A DNA stretch of 64,000 bases, taken from NCBI GenBank assembly GCA_002269645.1, contig NIVC01001395.1:233505-297504 (forward strand), in the 5' to 3' direction. This document shows, piece after piece, positions 1 to 11,580 of this stretch. A program made the translations under genes and the position numbers. The first letter of the stretch is position 1. Every line of letters begins with the position of its first letter. Source of the DNA: Macrostomum lignano (lineage: Eukaryota). The notes below the pieces were generated by a model. That model saw nothing but the letters and a program-made list of their open reading frames with translations. It was not told the origin of the DNA and searched no databases.

Positions 1-168
1 TCCGATGAACAATTCGTCGAAGTCGTCAGTCAGCCTCCACCGCAGCCTGCAACAACAGCTGCTGCTGTTACTGTTACCACCGCAACATCTGCCGCTCCAA
101 CGAAAGTGCTCAGCGATTTGGAATTGTTGCAGAATGATCTACAGCTTAGCGATAGCGATAGCGATTGA
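1..168 (+). CDS. 3' end of probable ELL-associated factor (EAF1/2-like) gene
   Basis: Frame 1 is open from base 1 to TGA at 166-168 and ends ...LELLQNDLQLSDSDSD*, resembling the NDLQLS(E/D)S..SD C-terminus of EAF proteins. Only the tail is visible. Confidence 0.5.
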   Translation, partial: SDEQFVEVVSQPPPQPATTAAAVTVTTATSAAPTKVLSDLELLQNDLQLSDSDSD

Positions 169-384
169 TGATGAAGTGAACACATTCGATTTGATCGTGC
201 TCGGGCTAGAATATGTACTATAAAAAATTTGATTTAAATCGTCAGTCTAACCACATCAGTAATAACATAACTACGCCTTGTATACACTGTGATTTGCTAT
301 AAAATGAGGCTAATGTTTATTGAAAAGTATCGATACACGATCGTACAAAAACGTCTGAATCTATCTTAAAAAATTCGACTAAAC

Positions 385-624
385 CAGGGGTCGGCACCCT
401 TTTTACCTCAAGATAAAAAACCCAGCGCATGACTGCCGGACAGAAGAGGGGGGGAGAGCAGAGGGAATAGGGAAAAGAGATGGGATAAAGGAGAGGCGAG
501 GAAATAACAGAAGAGAGAAGAGAGATCAGAGAACCCTTGGGCCGGTCGGTTTGCTATTGTGAGGTTTAATAGGACCCGAGGGCCGAATAGAGAGGCTTTG
601 TGGGCCGAAGTTTTCCGCCTCCTG
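385..624. mobile_element. non-autonomous hAT-like MITE with purine-rich interior
   Basis: Starts CAGGGGTCGGCA and ends TTTTCCGCCTCCTG (imperfect TIRs). Its last ~100 bp (ttgctattgtg..acccgagggcc.aatag..aggcttt..gggcc) match 54020-54121. Flanks gactaaac/aggtaaac are a degenerate 8-bp TSD at best. Confidence 0.5.
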
Positions 625-1417
625 AGGTAAACATTCTCTTCAAGACCTCACTCTGACTTGCGTAGTACGCCTTGGAGTGGAGTGGTACTCCTTGAACAAG
701 ATTGGTGGTTATTGTTCTAGAGTGACGCTCCTTGTGTCCAGAGTGGCATGTTGTAGGATGATGAAAAAGATGAAGAGAAGCCCGTTGCATTTAATTTAAA
801 ACAGAACAGACAAATAAAAATTTAATTTAATTTTCAATCGAAATTTTGGGGTTCAAAGAAAAGCAAATTAAGAAAGAGCCTGTCAACTTAAGCTCATGAA
901 GTGGAGCCCAAGTAACCTATTTGCACGAATGATACGTCATTCTGCTCACAGTGACACTTGGAAGCTAAGTTTGGTAAAAAAGCAACAAAATAGGACTTCG
1001 GATACAGAACAAGCAAGGGGATGATAAGAGACACCACTTTATGAACTTAAGTTGACAGGCCCTTTAAATTTTCTTATGATTTATAATGCCTTGAACTCCG
1101 TTAGCCTGCAGAAGAACGTGAGAGGGGATTACACTTTTCATAATTATTGACCCCTTGTCTGAATTTGTTTTAATAAAATCTAACATAAGTTTTTGTCTGC
1201 TTTCCTAGTTAAATGTGACATGTTCCATTGCATACTCTAAAATTGATTGCATTCAATAAATTATATAATCACGGTGATTGTTATCATTTTAATGTGCAGT
1301 TCGGCCTTTCATAATTGTTAACATATGTTAAAATTGTTAAAAAAAATAAAAAAAGTATTTATTTAAATTTAGATATTATCTTAGCAAGTGACATAACAAG
1401 TTAAGCAGTCCCAGGTC

Positions 1418-2515
1418 TCAGGAAGTAGGCATGGGAGTACAGGAAGTAGACACGGGAGTACAGGAAGTGGACATGGGAGTACAGGAAGTAGACATGGGGG
1501 CACAGGAAGTAGACAAGGGACCACAGGAAGTAGACATGGGGGCACAGGAAGTAGACATGGGAGTAAAGGAAGTAGACATGAGAGTACAGGAAGTAGACAT
1601 GGGAGTACAGGAAGTAGACATGAGAGTACAGGAAGTAGACATGGGAGTACAGGAAGTAGACATGGGAGTACAGGAAGTAGACATGAGAGTACAGGAAGTA
1701 GACATGGGAGTACAGGAAGTAGACATGGGAGTACAGGAAGTAGACATGGGAGTACAGGAAGTAGACATGGGAGTACAGGAAGTAGACATGAGAGTACAGG
1801 AAGTAGACATGGGAGTACAGGAAGTAGACATGGGAGTACAGGAAGTAGACATGGGAGTACAGGAAGTTGACATGGGAGTACAGGAAGTAGACATAGGGGT
1901 ACAGGAAGTAGACATAGGAGTACAGGAAGTAGACATGGGAGTACAGGAAGTAGACATGGGAGTACAGGAAGTAGACATGGGAGTACAGGAAGTAGACATG
2001 GGGGTACAGGGAGTAGACATGGGGGTACAGGAAGTAGACATAGGGGTACAGGAAGTAGACATAGGAGTACAGGAAGTAGACATGGGAGTACAGGAAGTAG
2101 ACATGGGAGTACAGGAAGTAGACATGGGAGTACAGGAAGTAGACATGGGAGTACAGGAAGTAGACATGGGAGTACAGGAAGTAGACATGGGGGTACAGGG
2201 AGTAGACATGGGGGTACAGGAAGTAGACATGGGGGTACAGGAAGTAGACATGGGGGTACAGGAAGTAGACATGGGAGTACAGAAAGTAGACATGGGGGTA
2301 CAGGAAGTAGACATGGGGTACAGGAAGTAGACATGGGGGTACAGGAAGTAGGCATGGGGTACAGGAAGTAGACATGGGGGTACAGGAAGTAGACATGGGG
2401 GTACAGGAAGTAGACATGGGGCTACAGGAAGTAGACACAGGAGTACAGGAAGCAGACATAGGAGTACAGGAAGCAGACATAGGAGTACAGGAAGCAGACA
2501 TAGGGGTACAGGAAA
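1418..2515. repeat. 21-bp minisatellite (GTACAGGAAGTAGACATGGGA)n
   Basis: About 50 tandem units read directly; explains the 7-aa periodic ORFs on both strands. Confidence 0.97.
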
Positions 2516-2655
2516 GTACAAGTTTGCGCGCTCGCAACTGTTAAATTTCTTCTTCTAGCAGTCCAGCTTTCATTGTCAACGAGCGGTGCTGCTCCTACAG
2601 CCACTTCGCTGCTTGAGAAATCCGCATTACCCTTTGCTAGAAGCAGCAAGCCAAC

Positions 2656-5386
2656 ATGCTTTCAAATACACGACAGTGCAACGCGGCTACTCCAACTCTT
2701 ACAAAGGTCGCGATAGCGACGCTCCTCGTAACAAATGGTTTCTAGCATTTCCAGCAATCTGCTTCTGTTTAGGCACCTGGCAGGTTTATCGACGGCAATG
2801 GAAATTGGATTTGATTGAATCGTTGAATAGGAGAACTACTCAACCGCCTCTGATTGTTGATGGCGGCTCGGTGAGGGAGCTGATGGCTAAGTCTTTAGAC
2901 GACATGGAGTTCAGACCTGTTAGAATTATAGGCGAATTCGATCACAATGGCGAGGTTCTGATTGGACCGCGGCATCTTATCGATCCGAAATCAAGTGCTG
3001 GTGCTGACGGTCAGTTTTGATAATAATATATTTCATACTAATTAGTAGCTAGTGAGAGATATAAAGCCAGTATTTTATAGAGTTCTAATTGATTTTTAAA
3101 AAGTTGTACTGTTTTAGCTAATAGATAAAACGCTTATGGGTAAGATAAAACACTAATAAGGACAAGATTGGTGGTTATTGTTCTAGAGTGACGCTCCTTG
3201 TGTCCAGAGTTTTAACAAAGTAGGTAAGACACTATCTGATACGGTAAAAAGGTAATATACTAACTAGGATAATTGGTAATACGCTAATTAGAGAATTATG
3301 TGCAATGTACTAATAAGGGTAATAGGTATAATGCACTAATAAGGGTAATAGGTATAATGCACTAATAAGGGTAATAGGTAATACACTAATTAGGGTAATA
3401 GATAATTAGGGTAATTAGATAATTAAATAATTAGGTAATTAGGGTGATAGTTAATACACTAATTAGGGTAGTAGGTAATACACTAATTAGGGTAATAGGT
3501 AATACACTAATTAGGATAATTAGTAATACACTAATTAGGGTAATAGGTAATACAACTAATTAGGGTAATAGGAAATATACTATCTGATACGGTAATAGGT
3601 AATACACTAATTAGGATAGTTAGTAATACACTAATTAGGGTAATAGGTAATGCACTAATTAGGATAATTAGTAATACACTAATTAGGGTAATAGGTAATA
3701 CAACTAATTAGGGTAATAGGAAATATACTATCTGATACGGTAATACGAGCTAGGTAATACACTATCTGATACGGTAATAGGTAATACACTAATTAGGGTA
3801 ATAGATAATACACTAATTAGGGCCATAGGTAATACACTAATACGGTAATAGATATTTAAAAACACTAATAAAACTCTATCATAACACAAACACCTGTGCA
3901 GGCGGCAACAGTCTATTCTCTAGCGGAGCCGGGGTTGGCTATCACGTGATCACTCCGTTCCGATTGGCTGATAGCGGCGAGCGTGTCCTGGTGAATCGCG
4001 GCTGGGTACCGGCTAAGCTGGCCGATCCAGCTACCAGGCCGCAATGGCAGCAGAGAGGCCGAGTGGAATTGATCGGTTTGGTGAGGCTGACTGAACCGGC
4101 TGGATTGGTTGGAGGCTATCTTGTCGGTGAGGAGCTGTTGATGCTGCTGGTCCATGCTTGAATAAATTTAAGATACATGTTGGGTGAGGAAGGTGAAGGG
4201 AGCATGGAGACAAGGGTCAGAGATGAAGGCAGCATGCTGGGAAGGGTCAGAGATGAAGGCAGCATGTTGGGAAGGGTCAGAGATGAAGGCAGCATGTTGG
4301 GAAGGGTCAGAGATGAAGGCAGCATGTTGGGAAGGGTCAGAGATGAAGGCAGCATGTTGGGAAGGGTCAGCGATGAAGGCAGCATGTTGGTAAGGGCTAG
4401 AGATGAAGGCAGCATGCTGGGAAGGGTCAGAGATGAAGGCAGCATGTTGGGAAGGGTCAGAGATGAAGGCAGCATGCTGGGAAGGGTCAGAGATGAAGGC
4501 AGCATGTTGGGAAGGGTCAGAGATGAAGGCAGCATGTTGGGAAGGGTCAGCGATGAAGGCAGCATGTTGGGAAGGGTCAGCGATGAAGGCAGCATGTTGG
4601 GAAGGGTCAGCGATGAAGGCAGCATGTTGGGAAGGGTCAGAGATGAAGGCAGCATGCTGGGAAGGGTCAGCGATGAAGGCAGCATGTTGGGAAGGGTCAG
4701 CGATGAAGGCAGCATGTTGGGAAGGGTCAGCGATGAAGGCAGCATGTTGGGAAGGGTCAGAGATGAAGGCAGCATGTTGGGAAGGGTCAGCGATGAAGGC
4801 AGCATGTTGGTAAGGGCTAGAGATGAAGGCAGCATGCTGGGAAGGGTCAGAGATGAAGGCAGCATGTTGGGAAGGGTCAGAGATGAAGGCAGCATGCTGG
4901 GAAGGGTCAGAGATGAAGGCAGCATGTTGGGAAGGGTCAGAGATGAAGGCAGCATGCTGGGAAGGGTCAGAGATGAAGGCAGCATGTTGGGAAGGGTCAG
5001 AGATGAAGGCAGCATGCTTGGAAGGGTCAGAGATGAAGGCAGCATGTTGGGAAGGGTCAGAGATGAAGCCAGCATGCCTTGAATCGCCCGCAGACGCCCG
5101 CAGCCCGGCCAACAGCGGCGCTGTCGGGCCTCAGTCTCGGAGTGCTCGCCGCGGCGTCACCTGCCGCATACGCCGCGATGTCGAGGCTCTGAGCGGCGAG
5201 CTCAACACCCTGCCATTCTTTGTTGACGCATGCGCTTCTGGCGTGGATTCTAGCGAATCAGCTGGCACTTTTCCTATTGGCGGGCAGACCAGACTGAGCT
5301 TGCGTAACGAGCACCTGTCCTATATTGTTACCTGGTATTCTCTGGGCGCGCTGCTGCTGGTGTTCTGGGCTATGCGAATTCGATGA
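2656..5386 (+). CDS. SURF1: SURF1 cytochrome c oxidase assembly factor; exons ~2656-3009, 3902-~4126, ~5094-5386
   Basis: Motifs LGTWQVYRRQWK, EFRPV..GEFDH..EVLIGPR, GYHVITPF..VLVNRGWVP, PIGGQT..LRNEHLSYIVTWYSL. GT-AG junctions at 3010/3901. The likely ATG (gccaacATG, 2656) needs one extra T at ~2661 to be in frame. The exon 2/3 boundary is tentative. Confidence 0.93.
3240..3845. repeat. degenerate ~22-24-bp AT-rich minisatellite (AATACACTAATTAGGGTAATAGGT) in SURF1 intron 1
   Basis: Repeated units read directly. Confidence 0.85.
4200..5077. repeat. 30-bp minisatellite (AGCATGTTGGGAAGGGTCAGAGATGAAGGC)n in SURF1 intron 2
   Basis: About 29 units; 10-aa periodic ORFs. Confidence 0.97.
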
Positions 5387-5538
5387 TGGAAGATACATCA
5401 TAATCTGTGTACTATACATATGCTCTCAGAATTATTTTAGTACTTTATTGGCCTATTAAATTATTGTGCTTTTTTAAATAGGCTTCTTACCTGGTTTTTC
5501 GTTCTTGACTATTTATTTTTCTTTGTTTTAGACATCAT

Positions 5539-5824
5539 TGAGTTGCTGGGCCAGCCTCCCAGATCCCCAGTTGCTGAGCCAGCAGCTTCCCATAGTGTCA
5601 TTAGCTGGGCCAGCCTCCCAGATCCCCAGTTGCTGGGCCAGCCTCCCAGATCCCCAGTTGCTGGGCCAGCCTCCCAGATCCTCAGTTGCTGGGCCAGCCT
5701 CCCAGATCCCCAGTTGCTGAGCCAGCCTCCCAGATCCCCAGTTTCTGGGCCAGCCTCCCAGATCCCCAGTTGCTGGGCCAGCCTCCCAGATCCTCAGTTG
5801 CTGGGCCAGCCTCCCAGATCCCCA
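5539..5824. repeat. 28-bp minisatellite (AGTTGCTGGGCCAGCCTCCCAGATCCCC)n
   Basis: About 10 units between SURF1 and GTF2H2. Confidence 0.9.
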
Positions 5825-5901
5825 GTGAATCATATTGCCAGTCAGTCAAGCAGGCACAGCCCCCATGCTTATTCCAGCCAAGAGTTTGAACAGCAAACAG
5901 C

Positions 5902-7929
5902 ATGGCAAACTACGGATTCGCAAAGCCGTCTGCGCGACCCACAGCGGGCACCAGCGGCTACCGGCTTCAGGACGAGGATGCGGCCGCGCTCTCTGGCGGC
6001 GGCTTTCGCTGGGAGTCGCAGTTCGAGCGCTCCTGGGAGGCCCTGGCTGAGGATGAGGAGGGTCGCCTGGCTGGGGCTGTTGGGCGTCTGGAGCAGGTGG
6101 GTGAATTGTTATTGGGCTCATTGGACTTATTTAGTTAGCTAGTCAGTCAGTCAGTCAGCCAGCCAGCCAGTCAGTCAGTCAGTCAGTCAGTCAGTCAGTC
6201 AGTCAGTCAGTCAGCCAGTCAGTCAGTCAGCATCAAACCCCAAACGCCGCAGGCCCGCAAGCGCCGGCACCGTCTCGCAGCGGCAGCCCTGCTACCCGGC
6301 GGCGGTGGCCGGGCCAGCAAGCTGGGCATGATGCGGCATCTGCTGCTGTGCCTGGACTGCTCAGAGACCATGGGCTTGGCCGATCTCAAACCCTGCCGTT
6401 TAGCCGCCTGCCTATCCGCAATGCGCAACTTCGTGTCCGGATTCTTCGATCAGAATCCCATCGGACAGCTGGGCGTGCTGCTGACCAGACGGAAGCTGGC
6501 GGAGAGAGTGACCGAGCTCACTGGCAATCCCAGGCGACATTTGGACGCGCTAAAAGATTTGGCTCAAGCCGGCTCGGGCAAAACCGCCCGTCCCGAAGGG
6601 GAGGCGTCATTTCAGAATCTGCTGGAGATGGCCTACGACACGCTGGGCCCCCTGCCAGGCCACGCCTGCAAAGAGGTGCTCGTGCTGGTGTCAGCCTTGA
6701 GCACCTGCGATCCGGGAGATATCGGTGCGACCATTAGCAAACTGGCCAAGGCTAGGATCAGGTGTTCGGTGAGTGAATCATTTCTGTCTGCCTTTTTTTC
6801 TTTTATTGTTACTGTTTTTCAAGTCCTCTAGATCTGTACCCTTCCTACCCTCCTTTCCCTCTACCCGCTTTCCTCTAATTACCCTCCTTCCCCTCTACCC
6901 GCTTTCCCCTCTATACCCTCTTTCCCCTCTCTATCCGCTTTCCCCTCTCTACCCACCTTCCCCTCTGCCCGCTTTCCCCTGTCTACCCACCTTCCCCTCT
7001 CTACCCGCCTTCCCCTGTCTACCCACCTTCCCCTCTCTACCCGCTTTCCGCTCTACCTGATTTCCGCTCTCTCTCGCGTCCCCGCTTCCCTTTCTCTCAT
7101 TTTACCCTCTCCCCCTTAGATCTCTCCCCTCTATCCTCACTCTCGTCTATCCTTTCTCTACCCTCTTTACCCTCTTTCTACTTTCTCCCAACGCTTTCCT
7201 TCCTAGCCTCTCTCCATCTCTCTGTCTCTTTTCCGCCATGATGCGTCAAGGGCAAAGTACAAGCTCTAGGGAGTGGTTTTACCTTCTAAACCCTGCCAAT
7301 TGGCGTCCCTTTCCCATAAATTGCCCAATTAACAGGTAATATCTCTGTCAGCGGATATTCGCGTATTGCGCAAACTCGCCCAGGCCACTGGCGGCACCTA
7401 CTCTGTGCCGCTAGACGCTGTCCATCTGTCCGACATCATGTCCAGCTTCCTGCCGCCACCGGCCAGCGCTCCCGATCCCGCTCTGATCAAAATGGGCTTC
7501 CCTTACTCGGCTGGGCAGGATGGCCAGGAGCAGCCGGGATCCCAGCAGGATGTCATCCGCATTTGCGCCTGTCACGGCACCGTACTATCCGCCGGGGCCA
7601 CCGCTCACGCCTGCCCCCAGTGCGCCTGTCTTTACTGCGAGCTGCCGGTTGATTGTCGGATTTGCGGATTAAGCTTGGCCAGCGCCGCTCACCTGGCCAG
7701 ATCCTATCAGCACCTGTTCCCGTTGAAGGCATTCGCCGAGGTCACCTTGGCGGCCAGTACGGGCTGTTGCGGATGTGGCGACAGACTAGGCGCTAGCACG
7801 GAAGCCTACCAGTGCAGCGACTGTCGGTCTCATTATTGTATCGATTGCGATCGGCTGTTGCACGACTCTTTGCACTCTTGCCCAGTTTGTTTGCAGACTT
7901 TGTCGGTTAAAACTACTATCGCTACTTAG
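5902..7929 (+). CDS. GTF2H2: TFIIH subunit p44/Ssl1; exons 5902-6096, 6253-6768, 7336-7929
   Basis: N-terminal RWESQFERSWEALAEDEEG; vWA region GMMRHLLLCLDCS..DLKPCR, FFDQNPIGQLG, STCDPGDI; C4 finger CPQC..CELP..C.ICGL and C-terminal C1-like finger. All junctions are GT-AG and in frame. Confidence 0.95.
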
Positions 7930-8470
7930 TAGTATATAAAAGAATAATATTTGTGCGCTAACAAAACTTTTGTACCTGAGCCAGTAAGTAACTTGCTTGA
8001 TAAAGATTCAGAACACCGGGAGTAAAGTAGATAAGTAGTCTTTATCTTTATTCAACACATTGGTTCACAGTGAGAGGTCCAGTGGTACATGCATAAGTCA
8101 TACGTCAAGCATTTAAAACTATGTTTGCTCTAATAATACACAATACAATAACTGCCTAATCGATGCAAAAGTATTTCATACGTTGTGACAGGTGTTTTTT
8201 TACTTTATTAACTCTCTTCTGTGCCTTACATTTGTTTATTTTCATAAGTAGCATTCATAGGAATACTTTAGTTAAACTAATTTAGGCTTTCTATATTGTC
8301 TAATACAATTAGGTCTACCGCTGTAGTCTCAGTTATTCTGTTAAAACGCTTAATATTTAGTATATAGGACTAGCAGCTTAGCCCCCATCGGGGGTAACTT
8401 ACGCTGACAACATTAGAACTGAAATTTGTCATTTTTGTCATCTAAAATCATTAAGATCAACCGCTACGGC

Positions 8471-8700
8471 GGTTGCAGCCTAGTGGTTATTAGAGCGTCG
8501 GATTCACGACTAAAAGGTCCCGGGGTTCGATTCTCGACCCACTCACAACAATTTGTGTCCTTGTGCAAGACACATTAACTCTGCATTGCTGCAGTTCACC
8601 CAGCTGTAGAATGGGTGCCCCCCAGTCCTTGGAGTGGAGCAATAACTACGGCTGAGCTGTCGGTTGTACATCTGGCTATTGGGTCAGGTGTAATTAATTA
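8471..8700 (+). mobile_element. tRNA-derived SINE with CORE-like central domain
   Basis: A box TAGTGGTTA, B box GGTTCGATTC, then TGTGTCCTTGTGCAAGACACATTAAC..CAGTTCACCCAGCTGTAGAATGGG, resembling the MIR/CORE consensus. Two more copies lie at 26418-26698 and 27021-27145. Confidence 0.75.
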
Positions 8701-8760
8701 TCATGTGTTTCTAATATATTTTAACTCCATCTATTTGCATGTGTCAACTCTACAACCGCA

Positions 8761-9660
8761 ATGGCAGCCACTTTAGACATTCGTTTGAAGCGTATTAACA
8801 AAACGTACACCGATGGTGACACAATCTCCGGCTATGCCGTGATTCGATGCAAACAAGACTGCGGTCACAATGGTCTCACATTGAATCTGACTGGCACAGT
8901 TAGCATGCAGCTTAGCTCAAAAAATGTCGGAGTATTCGAAGCATTCTATAACAGTATCAAGCCGATTCAATTGACCGGAGCCACACTAGAACTAGCTAAG
9001 CCCGGCAAATTCACCACCGGATTAACAGAAATCCCATTTGAAATACCGTTCAAATCCAAGGGTAACAAAACACTGTATGAGACATACCACGGAGTGTTCA
9101 TTAACATTCAGTACGTGCTTCAGTTGGACTTGAAACGCTCTCTATTGAACAAAGATCTCAGCAAAACTTGCGAGTTCTTAGTCGAATACAATCCAAAGAA
9201 TGCTGGCCAACCGAGCTCGCAGACGCCAATAACTTTCGCTATCAGCCCGGACAGTGTAGTCAATGTTCAGAACAAGGCCAGTCTACCGAAGTTTCGCGTC
9301 ACCGGCCAACTCACATCGAGTCACATTAGTATTTCTGAGCCACTGAGTGGCGAGCTAGTCATTGAGCAGTGCGCTACTCGGATTAAAAGTGTAGAACTGC
9401 AGCTGGTACGCGTAGAGACCTGCGGCTGTCTGGAAGGCTACGCTAAAGAGACTACTGAGATACAGAATATCCAAGTGGCTGATGGAGACGCTCCCAGAGG
9501 GATTAAAATCCCTCTGCACATGGTGCTGCCGCGTCTGTTCACCTGTCCGAGCGTTTCGGCTACCAATTTCCGAATCGAATTCGAAGTCAACATTGTTGTT
9601 GTGTTTCAAGACGACTATCTGGTGTCTGAAAATATCCCTATTCGCGTTAGCAGATTCTGA
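8761..9660 (+). CDS. VPS26C: VPS26C (DSCR3), retriever complex subunit, intronless
   Basis: MAATLDIRLKR..KTY, MQLSSKNVGVFEAFYNSIKPIQ, LYETYHGVFINIQY, IKSVELQLVRVETCGC.EGYAKE.TEIQNIQ, PRLFTCP match the family throughout. Confidence 0.96.
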   Translation: MAATLDIRLKRINKTYTDGDTISGYAVIRCKQDCGHNGLTLNLTGTVSMQLSSKNVGVFEAFYNSIKPIQLTGATLELAKPGKFTTGLTEIPFEIPFKSKGNKTLYETYHGVFINIQYVLQLDLKRSLLNKDLSKTCEFLVEYNPKNAGQPSSQTPITFAISPDSVVNVQNKASLPKFRVTGQLTSSHISISEPLSGELVIEQCATRIKSVELQLVRVETCGCLEGYAKETTEIQNIQVADGDAPRGIKIPLHMVLPRLFTCPSVSATNFRIEFEVNIVVVFQDDYLVSENIPIRVSRF

Positions 9661-9794
9661 TCTATTGAAGTTGATTTAAAACAATTCCTAATTTAGAAGC
9701 GATGGTTCTGTAAACGTCTATGTAAAAAGGCTGGCTATTGAATCAGATAACCAAGTAGACAGTGTCGGTTGAATGCCATTTTTGTCTAATTAAC

Positions 9795-11246
9795 AAACAG
9801 ACACTTAGACAGGCAGACAGAAAGGCGGACAGACAGACAGTTAGACAGACAAACATTCTGACAGACAGGCAGGCAGGAAGACAGACAGACAGGCAGACTG
9901 AAAGGCGGGCAGACAGACTATCAGACTGACAAACATACTGACAGGCAGATAGACAGACAGGCAGACAGGCAGCCGGCAGACAGAAAGGCGGGCAGACAGA
10001 CAGAAAGGCAGACAGAAAGGCAGACAGACAGACAGGCAGACAGACAGGCAGGCAGGCAGACAGGCAGACAGACAGGCAGGCGGACAGATAGGCAGGCAGA
10101 CAGATAGGCAGGCAGACAGACAGGCAGGCAGACAGACAGGCAGACAGACACAGACAGGCTGACAGAAAGGCAGGTAGACAGGCAGACAGACCGACAGATA
10201 GACGGACTGACTGACTGACTGACACTCAGATAGACGGATACACAGACAGACAGACAGACTGCCTCTACCATTCAACATTCACAGGACAATTTCCTTCGTG
10301 TTAACTACAATCAAAGCACCTTCCTAAAATGCTTCCTAATTATCATAGAACTTGGAAACAAAAACACATAGAAAACGTTATTTTGCCATTAGCCGTTATT
10401 TTGCGACAACACGTTAAGATTTGTTGGTTTCTGCCATAGATAGTAGCGCTCAACAAAACAAATGTGATTAAAGTATATATGCTAATTTATAGGAAAGCTC
10501 GTTAAGTCCTATCTTAAGCAAATTTAATCCTGATTAATTCAATCATACTACTGTGAGAAAAAACTATCAAGTTTGGTTGTTTAATAGCACCCGGGTATTA
10601 AAAATTGCTTAGCTGTTGTCACACATATCTACAGATTGAGGGACACTAAAAAATTGCAAATAGCAAATTGCTGCTTCATTTTGTTCAGTTCGCATCATCC
10701 TGTATACTTATAGTAGTCAGGCTCTAATTTGCATAATTTTACAGTCTACAGGCTGTGCTAGGAATACTCGTAATCCTGAGTTCTGATTCAATAAATCATT
10801 ATGCAATAGTGCTCATCGTCTGTAGCAGTACATGTATCTCTGATTATTGATTTTTTACATTTATACACTCGTAAATGTTGGATTTTTTATTTTTACATTT
10901 ACTTTTGTGCTAGGATTTAGATTGATTGTCATCAAGTGATATAATATATTAGAGATGTTGTTAAGTTCATGTATTTGCAACTGTTTTATGGCAGACAGAC
11001 AGGCTGACAGACAGACAGACAGACAGACATACACTAGGACAGGCAGACAGACAGACAGACAGACCGACATACACTAGGACAGGCAGACAGACAGAGACTA
11101 AGACAGACAGGCACTAAGACAGACAGGCAGACAGACAGGCACTAAGACAGACAGACAGACAGACAGGCACTAAGACTGACAGACAGACAGACAGGCACTA
11201 AGACTGACAGACAGACAGACAGGCACTAAGACTGACAGACAGTCAG
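9795..11246. repeat. two (GACA/GGCA)n microsatellite blocks, 9795-10260 and 10990-11246
   Basis: Read directly. Confidence 0.95.
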
Positions 11247-11299
11247 AAAGCGTGAACAATTAAATCACATACTACTAATATACATCCATAATTCCTCCC

Positions 11300-11580
11300 A
11301 TGCCGTCAGCAGAGATGAATCGCCAGTAGCCCCAGCTACACCGCTGCGCCCCGTAAGGCCAGACAGTCAAGAAACGCAACGAAAACCCAACACAGACGCC
11401 AACATGGCTACCTTTACCTGCCAGTCAACTCAGTGCTCAAAGTACAATAAGACTACTGCTACTAATACTACTACTACTACCAAGCATAATCACTTCTGCA
11501 AGCATGACTGCCAACATGACTTCAATGGTGACTCCGCCAATGGCGGATGCCAGTGGTGGAGATTTCTCTTCATATCTTAG
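11300..11580 (+). promoter_or_regulatory. ATF4-type uORF pair: uORF1 11300-11329 (MPSAEMNRQ*, inner ATG 11315) and uORF2 11404-11580 (58 aa) overlapping the main ATG out of frame
   Basis: Translated by hand. uORF2 has a strong gccaacATGG context and stops 77 nt into the main ORF. Confidence 0.75.

Noticed and set aside
697-3210. Identical 48-bp segment at 697-743 and 3163-3210
   Set aside because: Real, but too short to classify; most likely a fragment of a common dispersed repeat.
8471-8545. Possible tRNA gene
   Set aside because: A and B boxes are present, but no clean acceptor stem is evident, and it continues into a SINE body found in three copies.
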